DNA of 63,993 bases, the filler included, from Stramenopiles sp. TOSAG23-2 (lineage: Eukaryota): the NCBI GenBank assembly GCA_900128395.1. It is 6 parts of 6 records of this genome, joined end to end, with 100 filler letters (N's around TTAATTAATTAA, not from the genome) between each part and the next. Parts side by side here need not be neighbours in the genome. Positions count along the whole stretch, not along the records: positions 43,654 to 54,433 come from LT649990.1; positions 54,534 to 63,993 come from LT650099.1; 4 more parts are not named here. One strand, given 5' to 3'. Under the pieces are notes generated by a model. That model was not told where the DNA came from. It did not search any database and worked only from the letters and a program-made list of their open reading frames with translations. Position numbers and translations under genes: made by a program. Below are positions 44,781 to 57,369 of the stretch, in pieces (within the stretch, counting starts at the first letter, position 1; each line of letters opens with the position of its first letter).

Positions 44781-45252
44781 AAGGGAAACCCTCCTATCAA
44801 ATTCTGGTAAAAACATTCTAAAATATAATAGTATTTCGTGTTAAATAGTACATTGTAAAAATTACCTGTTATTACTTGAAGAGGTAATTAGACTACCAAA
44901 AGACTAGAGGAAAAAGATCTAAAAAATGACATCTCAAAGAAGGGAAACCCTCCTATCTAATTCTGGTAAAAACATTCTAAAATGTAATAGTATTTCGTCT
45001 TAAATAATACATTGTAAAAATTACCTAGTTGTACTTAAAGAGGTAATTAGACTACCAAAAGACTAGAGGAAAAAGATCTAAAAAATGACATCTCAAAGAA
45101 GGGAAACCCTCCTATCAAATTCTGGTAAAAACATTCTAAAATGTAATAGTATTTCGTGTTAAATAATACATTGTACAAATTAGGCATATTGTACTTAAAG
45201 AGGTAATTAGACTACTAAAAGACTAGAGGAAAAAGATCTAAAAATGACATCT
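44781..45252. repeat. 159-bp tandem repeat, 3 copies
   Basis: AAGGGAAACCCTCCTATC...AAAATGACATCT starts at 44781, 44940 and 45099, with scattered substitutions between copies. Confidence 0.92.
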
Positions 45253-45534
45253 TTTTCATGTTAAAAACACATCATGTATAGTGGAAGTAGAAACAACAAC
45301 AAAAAACAAAACAATTATTCGTGCTATATTTATTATTGGTGTATATGACATACATTATTGTATTTATATTTGTGTGTGAATGATACTTGACGTGTTTCGT
45401 TTCGTTGTGAAAAAATATAAAAAAAAATTTCTACATCATCATTAACATTTTAATTTTTTTTTTATTATTTTAACATTTCCATTTTTTTCATAGTTAGTTC
45501 AACATTTTTTTTGATCATAAGATATATAGATACA

Positions 45535-48500
45535 ATGGGAAATAAAATATTAAAACGTAATAAGAAAAACAAAAGTTTTGAAACGCCAATAACCAATACC
45601 ATCACGGCACATATTAATATACCGAAAAAGAACAAAACCATTACCAATACCACCGTGGAGCAACGTCAAAAATTACAATTACCAATACAATTAGCAAATG
45701 CACAACGTAATTTTATTAATCAAACAGGACAAATACCTGATAAAGTTGGTATTTTAGATTATTCCGACATGGTAGTACAGAAATTACCATTTTGGGGGAA
45801 TCGATGGAAACGTGGATTTTTTACATTATGCAAGACGACGTTATATACCATGTCAATGAAAGGTAAAATATTACGATGTTACATATTAAATGGTTCATAT
45901 TGCAAAGAAGGTGCACCACGTTTATCAAGTGTTGGTATACCAGTTGGTCGACCAACTATCTTATTATTTGAAGGTTTAAAAAAATTATCATTAAATAGTG
46001 TGGATATGTTGAAACAAATAAAAAAGAAGAAAAAAAAGAAAGGTAGTGAGGATGACGACGATGATGATGATATGAACAAAGATGAACATCATAATGATAA
46101 ATTAATACCATTCTTAAGATTAAAAGCAATTAATCGACAAGAACATGATAGTTGGATTATGATATTAAAACAAATTGTAAATAAATCCATTATTCATCAT
46201 GATAATAATAGTAACAATACCACATCAGAAAATGAAAGTAATACCACGGACAACAACAACAAGAACAATAGTAGTAGCACAAATAGTGAAAAAGAAGATA
46301 CTTCAAATAATTATGTTCGTATTACTAGTCCTGTACGTAATAATGATACTATTAATCATAGTGGTGAAGCAAAAAAAGAATCAAATAATAATAATAATAT
46401 GTCATCACCGGTTCCATTTAATAATGATGTAGGCAAGAAAACAACAAGTACTGATGCAAGTGGAATACATTCTCCATTACCAACAATACGACGACAACCA
46501 TCATATGAAATTATTGATGAGAAAGATATTGAAAAAAGACGAAAACAATTAATTAATGATATTGCAAAACAATTACAAATAACATATAGCCATGCATTAT
46601 CCTTATTACGTCAATTTAAATGGGATACGGTACGTTTATTATCACAAAATGTAGTAGTAAATAATAATAATAATAATAATAACAACAACAATAATGATAT
46701 TACAACAAATGATAATAATAATATTATAGATGAGGATGAAGTTATTAAAGTAGTAGAAAATATTAATATTGATTGGTTAGTAGTAGATAAGCAACCAACG
46801 CAAAAAAAATCGAATGAAAATGAAGTAACCGTATCTGATACTACTACATCAACAATTATATCCAATGTAATTAATCAGATGATTGAACAAATTCAACAAC
46901 AAGAAGAGGGAAATAATACAGCAAGGACAACAAATATTACTACTAATAGTAATAACAACAACAACAACAACGCATCGTTAAAATTAATGGATATTGATTT
47001 ATCAACAACAGATGATCCAAATATACGTACTATCGAAACAAAAAGCAAAGTGGCAAAACTACTACTACTACCGTCGTCGGCACCAGTACCACCAATCGCT
47101 ACTTGCCAAATATGTTTGGAAGAATCAAGTGAGAATATTAGTTTAGATTGTGGTCATTTCTTTTGTAAAGATTGTTGGATTGATTTTTTATCCAATTCTA
47201 TTAATAGTGGTACAGCAGAATTATGGACAAAAGGCTCGCAATGTCCATATCATCAATGCAAAGAGCCAATACCGGAACGTTTTTATAAGGAAATGTTGTG
47301 TAAAAACGATGATTTAATACGTTTATATAATAAATATCAACAATATGCAACAAATAATTTTGTCGATAGTAATTTATTAGTACGTTGGTGCCCAGGAACA
47401 AATTGCAATCGTGCATTGTATTGTAAAAATTCATCCTATTTAGTACGTGATGTAACATGTGCTTGTGGTATCTCGTTTTGTTTTAGTTGTGGTCAAAGTC
47501 CACATAGCCCTGCATCATGTGATTGTGCAGCACGATGGAAAGAATTAGAATATACACGTAATAAGGAATTAATGGAGAAAAGTAACAATAAAAAAGGTAG
47601 AAAAAATAAAAAGAACAATAATCAGCATAATCATAATAATAATAATAATAATATTAATAATAATGGAGATGATGGGGATGTATTATGGCTTGCAAAAAAT
47701 ACACGCCCATGTCCAAAATGCAAAGTTCCAATACAAAAATATCATGGATGCAATCATATGACATGTCATAATCAACGATGTCAACATGAATTTTGTTGGG
47801 TATGTTTAGAAGATTGGAGTACTCATGGAAGCGCAACCGGTGGATATTATCGTTGTTTTGTAAATGATCCTGTGAAAACGAAAAATAAATTACGTAAATT
47901 ACGTTATGAACAACATGATGCTAAAAATTCTGGTGCAAGAGAAAAATTATACAAACGTTGTGGAATATTACGATATAAAGCACAAACAGCATCTTACATG
48001 TTATTGGATTTTATTTATAACATTGATAAAAGTTTTGAACACGACGACGATGTTGTGAATAGTGATGATATTGATCGATCTTATCGTGATATGTTAATTG
48101 ATGCATGTGATATGTTATCACGTTCATATTCTTTTTTAAATTGGGGTTATATTTTAAATTATGACCAATTAACAAAGTTAACGGAGGAAATTGAAAAGAA
48201 AGAAGCAAAGAAGAAGAAACATAAAAAAAAACGTGGTGATAGTACATACAATTCAGTTGCATCTGAAGTATTTCAAATGAAATTACGATTGATGGAAAAA
48301 TCAGTCAGTACAATTTGGAAAATGGTCGAGCCATTACATCGTATTTATGCATCTTCCGTTGATAAAATGGATGATAATAATCATCATTATATGTCTTCTA
48401 TGACGAATAGAAACGGTAAAAAAATGCATTCTTTTGCATCCATATCTGCAAGTGGTAAGAATAATAAAAACCAAACAACAAAAGCATTGTCATCGTCAAC

Positions 48501-49485
48501 ATCATCGCCACGAAAACAATCGTCCCATAAAAAACAATTAAGGACATTGTCTCCACCACCACCTGAAGATTTAATATTAAAACGTATGTTAAATATTCAA
48601 AATGAAATATATATGTGTTATGATCATTTATCTTCATGTCGACAATTTGCTACTATATGGCAACGAACAGATGAAGAAAACGATGAAATAATGAAGAAAC
48701 AACAAGAAGATATTTATATAACAACTGCAGATGATAATAATAATAAATCTGGAACAAAAAGCATTAGTACACCTACGACAGCAACAACAACTACAACTAC
48801 TGCTACAACTGATGAGAAAGCGGATGATGAAGAAAAAGTTGAAGATAAAATTGAAACAGAATTAAGAAGATTGGTAAATGATAGTCATGTAGATGATATA
48901 TTTTACAAGTCTTTATTGCATCCAAAACAATATTCACATGGTCATAATACCACAATAAATAACAATATAGGTAGTAAATGGTCATGTTTATTATGTTCAA
49001 AATTAAATGGAACGTATGATAAATTTTGCCAAACATGTTTATCAAAACATGAACATGCATTATTAGAACAAGAAGTTATTATGTTTAAGTTGAAACATAA
49101 TAAAAAGAAAAATGATAATGGCAATGCTGGAAAGAATACGAGTGGTGAAGACAACAATAATAAAAAATTGACATCTGTTGGTTCACGATGGAGACAATTT
49201 CAACAAGCTGAATTTCATAGCCGTTCACGACGTTCTTTAACACGTAGAGTTGGATTTAATCCAGATTTTGATAATAATAATAATAGTTGGAGACGTAGTC
49301 GTCGAGCATCATTTCGACCACCACCACCACCGCAATTAGAAGTAACCCCAGAACAGGAAAGTCAATTATTGCAATTACACGAGATGGGATTTACAAATCG
49401 AAATGAAGCACTTGGTGCATTGCGTGCAAATGATTTTAATTTAAATGGTGCAGTGGAATTGTTATTAGCATCTCAATTTGCTTGA
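45535..49485 (+). CDS. Ariadne-type RBR E3 ubiquitin ligase with N-terminal PH-like domain, RanBP2-type Zn finger and C-terminal UBA
   Basis: RING1 CQIC...CGHFFCKDCW, IBR RWCPGTNC...CACGISFCFSC...HSPASC, RING2 CPKC...GCNHMTC...FCWVC, UBA-like LLRQFKWD, WSCLLC...CQTC and LHEMGF...ALRAND..LNGAVELL. Likely start MGNK at 45535. Confidence 0.92.
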   Translation: MGNKILKRNKKNKSFETPITNTITAHINIPKKNKTITNTTVEQRQKLQLPIQLANAQRNFINQTGQIPDKVGILDYSDMVVQKLPFWGNRWKRGFFTLCKTTLYTMSMKGKILRCYILNGSYCKEGAPRLSSVGIPVGRPTILLFEGLKKLSLNSVDMLKQIKKKKKKKGSEDDDDDDDMNKDEHHNDKLIPFLRLKAINRQEHDSWIMILKQIVNKSIIHHDNNSNNTTSENESNTTDNNNKNNSSSTNSEKEDTSNNYVRITSPVRNNDTINHSGEAKKESNNNNNMSSPVPFNNDVGKKTTSTDASGIHSPLPTIRRQPSYEIIDEKDIEKRRKQLINDIAKQLQITYSHALSLLRQFKWDTVRLLSQNVVVNNNNNNNNNNNNDITTNDNNNIIDEDEVIKVVENINIDWLVVDKQPTQKKSNENEVTVSDTTTSTIISNVINQMIEQIQQQEEGNNTARTTNITTNSNNNNNNNASLKLMDIDLSTTDDPNIRTIETKSKVAKLLLLPSSAPVPPIATCQICLEESSENISLDCGHFFCKDCWIDFLSNSINSGTAELWTKGSQCPYHQCKEPIPERFYKEMLCKNDDLIRLYNKYQQYATNNFVDSNLLVRWCPGTNCNRALYCKNSSYLVRDVTCACGISFCFSCGQSPHSPASCDCAARWKELEYTRNKELMEKSNNKKGRKNKKNNNQHNHNNNNNNINNNGDDGDVLWLAKNTRPCPKCKVPIQKYHGCNHMTCHNQRCQHEFCWVCLEDWSTHGSATGGYYRCFVNDPVKTKNKLRKLRYEQHDAKNSGAREKLYKRCGILRYKAQTASYMLLDFIYNIDKSFEHDDDVVNSDDIDRSYRDMLIDACDMLSRSYSFLNWGYILNYDQLTKLTEEIEKKEAKKKKHKKKRGDSTYNSVASEVFQMKLRLMEKSVSTIWKMVEPLHRIYASSVDKMDDNNHHYMSSMTNRNGKKMHSFASISASGKNNKNQTTKALSSSTSSPRKQSSHKKQLRTLSPPPPEDLILKRMLNIQNEIYMCYDHLSSCRQFATIWQRTDEENDEIMKKQQEDIYITTADDNNNKSGTKSISTPTTATTTTTTATTDEKADDEEKVEDKIETELRRLVNDSHVDDIFYKSLLHPKQYSHGHNTTINNNIGSKWSCLLCSKLNGTYDKFCQTCLSKHEHALLEQEVIMFKLKHNKKKNDNGNAGKNTSGEDNNNKKLTSVGSRWRQFQQAEFHSRSRRSLTRRVGFNPDFDNNNNSWRRSRRASFRPPPPPQLEVTPEQESQLLQLHEMGFTNRNEALGALRANDFNLNGAVELLLASQFA

Positions 49486-50095
49486 TATTGTATGGGGATG
49501 GTGGGTATGTGTGTTTTTGTGAGAGAGAAGTACATTTTTAAATTCGTTGCCGGGTCGCCTGGTCTGCCAGTCGTGCAGTCGTCTGCTGTGAGCTGTGAAA
49601 TGCGAATTACATTTGGAAAGTGGAAAGTGAAAAGTGACATATATAGGAAAGTGCAGAGTATAGTAAAATATGTACTTACTATTTGTAACGATTTTGTTTT
49701 ATTTTTGGATCCTGAAATTTTTAAAATGGTTTTTTCCCCATTAGTATACAAGCAAGTACAATATATTATCATAAATCAATTACCATTATTCCAATACTAT
49801 CTAACTGTAAATATTAAATATCCGAAATGTATACTTTTCATATATGTTATCATACAATATGTATAGTATGAAGTATTCAAATCAAAATAACTAATTATTT
49901 GTATCAAACAAATCAATATTTCTAAGTATGTATTTTACCCTATGAGTCACTAGGGTAAAACAAGCCCATTGAGACGAGTATGAGTTTTGTGAAGTGGTGG
50001 AACACATTTCCAATTAGCAGGTATATAACAGGTGTAAATATTTACTCCCAATATATATATATATATACCCCTTTAACCATGTATATACTAGTATA

Positions 50096-50436
50096 GATTG
50101 ATCGATCGACAAGAGAGACAACCAGAAAGACAAATGACAGATTGATCGATGACAAAGACAAAACAATAATTCTAGGAAAAAAGAAGTAAGTAAAATATCA
50201 ATTAACAGCGTTTGTAGATTGACAGATTGATCGACGAGAAAGAGAAAGACAAAGTGATTTATCAAAACAAAAACAATAATTCTAAGAGAAAAAAAAGTAG
50301 ATAAAATATCAATTAACAGCGTTTGTAGATTGACAGATTGATCGACGACAAAGACAAACACAATTGATTTATTAAAAACAAACACGAACGGAAATAATAC
50401 TTCTAAGAAAAGATCAGATAAAATATCAATTAACAG
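50096..50436. repeat. ~110-bp degenerate tandem repeat, ~3 copies
   Basis: TAAAATATCAATTAACAG(CGTTTGTAGATTGACAGATTGATCGACGA) recurs at ~50191, ~50302 and ~50419. Confidence 0.8.
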
Positions 50437-50727
50437 AACGAACATTTCCAAATAGTTAAATATTTGATTGAACAAGGTGAAGCTGATCCTAATATTGCAA
50501 ATAGTGATGGATGGAATGCATTACATTCTGCAGCATATTATAACAAAAAGGATACGGAGGTGATTGAGTTCTTATTAACTAATATGCCTCTTACTAGCAT
50601 TAATAAGAAGGACCAGTACGGGGACACTCCCCTGGACAATGCATATGAATATAATAATGAAAGTCCAATTCAACAAAAGATCATTGATCTTATACGTTCA
50701 AAAGGTGGAAAACGTGCAAGTGAATAA
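50437..50727 (+). pseudogene. C-terminal ankyrin-repeat fragment or terminal exon
   Basis: EHFQIVKYLIEQGEADPNIANSDGWNALHSAA...GDTPLDNA...IIDLIRSKGGK. There is no ATG at its start and it begins abruptly after the tandem repeat. Confidence 0.65.
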
Positions 50728-51675
50728 TTATAAAAATAAAACATAAAATATATACAATATAACAATATACAATATACAAGATATATAACATAAACACAAC
50801 AATTCATTTTATATATATATACACACTTCTCGCACTATAAGATATGTTTTAGAATTATACACAACACATCTCAACACACCAACAGTCCAACACCAACGTT
50901 AATATTTTTAAAAAGAAATTAATATTATTAAAATTAGTGGTTTTTGTATTGAAATTTACCAAGAACATTATTCATCAAAACAGAGGAAAGGAATGTTTTC
51001 TTCTAGGTATCAATTCAACGTAAATGCTATCAATCAAAAACACTTACATATATGTATATTTTCATGATATAAACAGTTGAAATCCATATCATACAAATGA
51101 AACTGTTAAAGTTCAATTTATTATTTCAAATATTCAAAATTGTAATAAAAACTTCAATATTTTTTCTTCAATATTATATAATTTAACAGCAGCACGCGTA
51201 TTTTAAATATGAAAGTTGTTATGAGTTACAAGAGCAAAGCATATTCACATTAATAAGCTATTAATAAACACAGCATATGAATCATTATTGAGATAGATGT
51301 AATACCTGATTAATACATTTTCACCAAAATATGTTATATATTTTGGTGATTTTGAACGAAAATTAAACAAGCCGTTCCACTTAAAAATAGTATTAGTAAA
51401 TTATTATAAAGAAACAAAATCTATACGATGGGTCTCGTCGATGAATACGGGATATGGAAAATGAAAGAGATTCTAGAGGGAATGATAGAAACGATTAATA
51501 CAAAAACGGTTAGGATGAGTTTTACATACGTGTAAACATAGAAATGCTTTATAAAATAGAAAAATTTGATAAATTATGATATATATGATCTTTTAAATTT
51601 AAACATGCAGAAATGCATTTTATAAATCTCTCAAAAACTATCTTTTAAATGATCTTAATATATATATCCACTTCT

Positions 51676-53631
51676 TCATATCATGTCCGTTCCATCATCT
51701 TCCTCCTCCGCCTCCTCATCATCACTACTAGAAGAATCCCATGTATTCATATCAACATGTTCTTCATCTTTTTCTTCATCTTCATTGCATTTACTTTCGT
51801 GTTTTGATACAATCAACTTCTTTCCATTACCATTTCCATCATTACCCATAATATGTATTGATTGATCTACTACATCATCATCATCATCATCCCAACTGTT
51901 TCTATCAACAAGCCAGATGCCATTCGTATTGTTTGTCGTTTGTTCTTCATCTTCCTCTTCCTCGTCACTTAAAATCAATTCACTATGATCCATCATACCA
52001 ATATCAAATTTACTTTCATCATCGATTGTATTACTTCTATTCTCGTCATTGGGATTCACGTCGTCATTCCATGATGCACTTGAACTCATTCCTAAACGTT
52101 TTAATTGTTCTTGTTTGGTTTTAGCTACAATAAATGAGTCTTCATCATCGCTACTACTATCATCACCACTATCGTTATCACGTGTCAATGCATGTACCGG
52201 TGTAGTACAATCTACATTTACAACATTGTTATCATCATCTTCATCCAAACAATCATCGTCATTATTATACTTTGTTTCAATATGCAATGATATATGTTTC
52301 TTTCTCTTTCCGTTTTCTATTGCAACATTGTTTACTAATTTTGCCATTGTATTTGGACTTTTATTTGTTTTCATATTTAATAATGTTTTTCTAGCTAAAC
52401 TTCTTCGTCTTCTACCATTACGTTTCGGCGGTGGCGGTGGTGGTTGTTGTTCTTCTTCTTCCTTTTGTTGATGTTGTTGTTGTTCAGATGATTGTATCAC
52501 ATCCTTGGTTTTCTTATCAATTTCCAATTGCAATTGTTTTAAACACATTTCAGATTGTAATTTTAAATGTTCTAAATCTTTATTTAATAATTCATGTTGC
52601 ATATCCTCCTCCTCGTTGGTATCCGTCATTTTACCTTCATATGTAGTAGTCGTGTTGTCATGAATACCTTGTTCCTCTTCTATATCATCTTGTTCTTGTT
52701 CTTCTACTTCTACTTCTGCTTTCTCTCCATAATCGAGTTTCAATACCATATAATCATCGTCTAAATCTAAACAATGTTGCACTGTATTTAAATCATTATC
52801 ATTATAATCCACCATGCCATTGTCATAATCACCACCACCACTACTACTACTACTAGAAGATGATGATGATGATGTTGTTGATTTACTTGAATTTGTTGTT
52901 ACATTTGTATTGGTTGGACTTGTAAAATGCATATTATTTGTATTATTATCATCGTTCATACTAGTATTGCTTAAATCACTATTTGGTGAATGTGATATCG
53001 TAGATTCAGATAATGTTGATTGTTCCATATTTGGATTTTTAATGATTGATGTATTCTTTGATATTATATTTGATTTCTCATGACTATTACTATTATTATT
53101 ATTATTTACTGATGAGGTGAATGTTCTTATTGGCATTTCACGTGGATATAAAGATAAACCATTATCAATTAAACGTTGTTGTTCCGCTTCTGCTATACGA
53201 TCCATATGTGTTTTTAACCATTTAGATAATACACGTGTCCATTTTCTAAATTCACCATGTGTTTTTGCACGTAATATAAAATAACGTTCACGTGTTTGTA
53301 TGGAAAATTGATAATTATTTTTATAAATATTACTTTTTTTACCAATCTTCGTCTTCTTCTGACCTTGTTTATTTATTTTTTCAAGAAGATGATTCTGTTT
53401 TTTACGTTTTGATGTTTTAAAATTGTATTGTTCATCATCAAAACATATATATACAATGTCTTCCAAACGAAATCCACCTTTTGGACTTCTACTTTTACTT
53501 GTTTTTTTATTTTTGTAATATAATAATTGACAACTTCTTGGATCTAACCAAAAATAACGTGTGTTCCAAGAAGATAACGATGATAAAATAGATGTATTAT
53601 TACGTTTTAATTTTTCTAAATATCCTTCCAT
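51676..53631 (-). CDS. PH-domain protein with long acidic disordered tail
   Basis: MEGYLEKL...WNTRYFWL...LLYY...PKGGFRL...FSIQTRERYFILRA...KWTRVL. Confidence 0.87.
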   Translation of the reverse strand: MEGYLEKLKRNNTSILSSLSSWNTRYFWLDPRSCQLLYYKNKKTSKSRSPKGGFRLEDIVYICFDDEQYNFKTSKRKKQNHLLEKINKQGQKKTKIGKKSNIYKNNYQFSIQTRERYFILRAKTHGEFRKWTRVLSKWLKTHMDRIAEAEQQRLIDNGLSLYPREMPIRTFTSSVNNNNNSNSHEKSNIISKNTSIIKNPNMEQSTLSESTISHSPNSDLSNTSMNDDNNTNNMHFTSPTNTNVTTNSSKSTTSSSSSSSSSSSGGGDYDNGMVDYNDNDLNTVQHCLDLDDDYMVLKLDYGEKAEVEVEEQEQDDIEEEQGIHDNTTTTYEGKMTDTNEEEDMQHELLNKDLEHLKLQSEMCLKQLQLEIDKKTKDVIQSSEQQQHQQKEEEEQQPPPPPPKRNGRRRRSLARKTLLNMKTNKSPNTMAKLVNNVAIENGKRKKHISLHIETKYNNDDDCLDEDDDNNVVNVDCTTPVHALTRDNDSGDDSSSDDEDSFIVAKTKQEQLKRLGMSSSASWNDDVNPNDENRSNTIDDESKFDIGMMDHSELILSDEEEEDEEQTTNNTNGIWLVDRNSWDDDDDDVVDQSIHIMGNDGNGNGKKLIVSKHESKCNEDEEKDEEHVDMNTWDSSSSDDEEAEEEDDGTDMI

Positions 53632-53646
53632 TTCTATTGGTTCCGG

Positions 53647-53677
<31 letters not shown>

Positions 53678-54533
53678 GGTTTATGTATTATGTAATGTAG
53701 GAATGTTGTTTTGTCAGAATATGCAAATGTTTTTGGTTTGTTATGTAATGTATGTATTGTTTTTTATGGTAGTGGATAAATATGTATGTTGATGTCTATA
53801 CTTACAATACCGTTGTATGATGTACATTTCCAGAGGTACTTTTTGCAGTTATTGATGTGGATGCACTGCTGGTATTAATGATTTTTGGTATGGAATCTGG
53901 TATCGTTCGTTTTGGTATTGCTAACATTGTTTTATCAATTTATATATTTTATATGTTGGATATAATATTATTGTTCTTTTTTTTCAATATGGTAAGCTAT
54001 GTAAATATTTGTTTTTCTTCTCCGGTAGATAAATTTTATGTATGTATATATATTAATTATTTTAAATTAACCTAAACGTTGGAAAAATGTAAAAATGTAA
54101 AAATTGTTAATGATTTCAAAATCCAAATTTTTATTTTTTTGTCCTCTTACTTGTATATTAATTAATTTTGTTAAAAAAAAATTGTAACACACGGATACGT
54201 GATAGTATTATGTAATATGTAAATGTTGTCTTATATATATACCACCATTTGCACATCACATCACATCACATCACTCACTCCACATCACTCCACTTCAGCT
54301 GTTTTCTTCTCTCCTCTGACAACAAATATTATAACGGTCGTCGCTCAGGTCGTCGATTCATCATTAACATGGACATACGCAGTGCTACCCTCTAAAACAT
54401 GCAAAAAATGTACACTTAACACTATTCACTATGNNNNNNNNNNNNNNNNNNNNNNNNNNNNNNNNNNNNNNNNNNNNTTAATTAATTAANNNNNNNNNNN
54501 NNNNNNNNNNNNNNNNNNNNNNNNNNNNNNNNN

Positions 54534-56807
54534 ATTGTTGCTACTTCCAGCCACACTATTTGCTGTCTTCCCAAAATTATTTACATTAATACCAAATGCA
54601 TTTGCACCTCCACCAGTTGTAGCCGTGCTTCTATATGCGTTCCCGCCACCGCCACCACCACTACTACTTTTGGAGGCTGTATTGATCAATTCGATTTCAT
54701 CACTATCGACACCAGAATTACTACTATCACCAACACGTTGAAAGCGATTTGGTGTTGACCCACTTCTACCTCTACCTTCTATACTTGCTTTTCTACTACG
54801 GCAGCAACCACAACATTGACAAAGTTTGCATGTGCAATAACCACAGCAAATACAAATAATAAAACTTGATATTCCGACTACCATACCTATTAAAAAATAT
54901 GGCGAAGCAATCATTTCATCCACATCGTCTGCATTTACATCCGATATATCTTTCTCCGCACCACTCCCACCAGAAAATGATGAGTCTACCAATCTTAATG
55001 ATATTTGTACAGCATGATCACCATCTGGTACATTGTGTTTAAATTGTAATGCTAATGTGTATGTACCTGGATTCTTATCTTTGAAAAAATCTTCATTAGC
55101 TTTTACTTTGATCGTTGTGCTTTCACCAGGTGGTATTCGTATTTCCTTCCCTTTTCTCCAATCTATCACAGAAACCCAACGCTCTTCACCAACATAAGAA
55201 ATACCATTTACGACTAATTCATCCCCTTTCACCGCAGTATTGCTAAAGACGAATTCACCATCAACATTGGTTTTCGTAGGATCTTGGCGATCAATAGATA
55301 ATTTCAATTCACTTGGAGCAATATTAACATCTGCACCAGATGTAACACCAAGAAGATAGCGTTTACTGCTCCAAAATAAATTATCGTCGTTAGAATTAAA
55401 ATTATTATTACTCGGTTCATCATTGGTCGCAAATTTAGCTAGTTTATCAATAGTATTTGCTTCTTCTTTTCGTGTTTTCATATTCTCGATTGATTTATAT
55501 GCCAATGGTTCATGGATAACAAATTCAATCACAATTTTTTTACTGCCGCTTTCTGCATATATTTTATCTAAACCTACAACATCTAAATATTTCCTACTAT
55601 CTAACTGTAAACTATTCGCAACAATTGATAAATATGTTCTAGCAAACGCTCGCTTTGTATTTTCTGAAGGAACATCCGTTGTAAATTGCATGGGTACAAT
55701 TGCTTTTAAAAAAATAGTAGAACGATAACGTATGTGCGATCGAGTACAATCAACCCCATTCCATCCTGTTGCACATTTACACTCATGTGTTAAAGATCCA
55801 GAGTACGATGGGCAATATCCCGTAGCAGCTGTATTAGATTTTGATCCACACGTATCACCGCATGGTTTGCCTGACATTGGCATTTGAAATGTTGGTAAAT
55901 CACTACTAGGAGATGGTTGAGGGGATGGGGTCACAACTGGTGTTGGACTTGGAGATGGTTGTGGTGGTGGTGGTGGCGCTGGTGTAGGCTCATTAGTATC
56001 TTCATCCTCATCCTCATTACAAATGCTGTCACAAAAAAATATTTCACGAGTATTATCACAAAGAAAGATTTCTGATGTGTCTGACATATCACCCTTACAA
56101 TCACAATACCCAGCTTCATTATTAAACACTATTTCATCACAATTTCGATTTAACGTTTCATCTATTAATCCAGCACAAGTAGCACCACGCCATATACAGG
56201 AACTTGAAAGTGGTGGCATTTCTGGTGGGATTGTTGTTATCGGTGGTGGTGGTGGTGTTGTCACTACAGGGGGTTGCGTTGGAGTTTGTGTTGTAGCAGC
56301 TACTACTTGCTTCGTTGTGGGTTGCGATGTTATCATTGCTACCGTAGTAACAGCTGGTGGTGCATTTGTTGTTGTTGCCGCTTCTGTTATTACAGTACTT
56401 GGTGTTGTAGTTTGAATTACATTATTATTTGACGAAGTTGATGTTATTGTAGGTGTTATTTGTGTTGTAGTTGTTTGGATTACATTATTGTTTGACGACG
56501 TTGATGTTATTGCAGCTATTGTTGCTGTAGCATCAGTTGTAGTTGCTTCTGGATTTGATACTGCTGTTGTAATAGAAGGTTGATTTCCTCCTCCTCCTCC
56601 TCCTCCTGCTGTTGTTGTTGTCGAGTATACATTTGTAGATGCGTCAATTGGATTGGATTCTGTTGTTGTTAGTCCTTCTAATTTCCTATTATTATTATTA
56701 TTATTAATATTACTTCCCTTTAAAAAATATTTATTACCACATACCAATGTAAATAATAATACACTGTTTATTAAAATTAGATACAATACTATTTTATTCA
56801 TTTTCAT
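54534..56807 (-). CDS. Type I membrane protein: signal peptide, Thr/Pro mucin stalk, Cys-rich and EGF-like domain, TM helix; 3'-partial
   Basis: Hydrophobic N-terminus, Thr-rich tract, CKCATGWNGVDC (EGF-like), TM FLIGMVVGISSFIICICC and a Cys cluster after the TM. Confidence 0.85.
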
Positions 56808-57369
56808 TATTTAATTGAATATATGATTAAATTTTGGAATCACTTGCAAATTCACAAAAGATGATGTCTGTTGTTTGTTTGTTGTTGTTGTATTTGTTTT
56901 GGTGCATTGTACAGTATGTCGTCTATATCTGATGGTCTTCTTTATATTTTTAAACAAAAAAAGAATGTATATGCTGGTATGGGGAAATTATTCGATTTTA
57001 TAAATTGTGTAAAATGTTGATGGTCCAATGCTATGTCAATAGTATTAATAATTAGCAAGGGGATACTATTGAACTTGTATTTAACTTTTCACGAATAACA
57101 AGCTTCATCTAAATACCACTACAATATGCACTTGAATATTTTTGTGGTGGCGGACTCTGTATCTGATTGTTTAATAATGCAATTAGTATATTGCAAACAT
57201 GTGGACCGCAATCCATTTTCATTCGAACGTCTGGAATGAAACAATTATTGCCATTTACCATTATTGTCTTTACCCAATTAAATAGTATTATCTTTTTTAA
57301 TTTACGCATTAATAACTTCCTAATATCAATTGAGTAGTTACATCATTAGGTATCAATCCTGTATTCAAT

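Noticed and set aside
11868-49485. Apparent clustering of ubiquitin-system genes (USP, elongin C, RBR ligase) and PH proteins
   Set aside because: They are on different, unlinked contigs and belong to large common families.
49492-49866. 124-aa ORF and GC-rich patch after the RBR ligase
   Set aside because: No motif and non-coding-like composition. No RNA structure I could support.
1-54433. All complete segments are ~10.8 kb, suggesting equal-sized minichromosomes
   Set aside because: Lengths fall monotonically (10830, 10823, 10802, 10798, 10780), as expected from length-sorted contigs. No telomeric repeats at the ends, and several ends cut genes.
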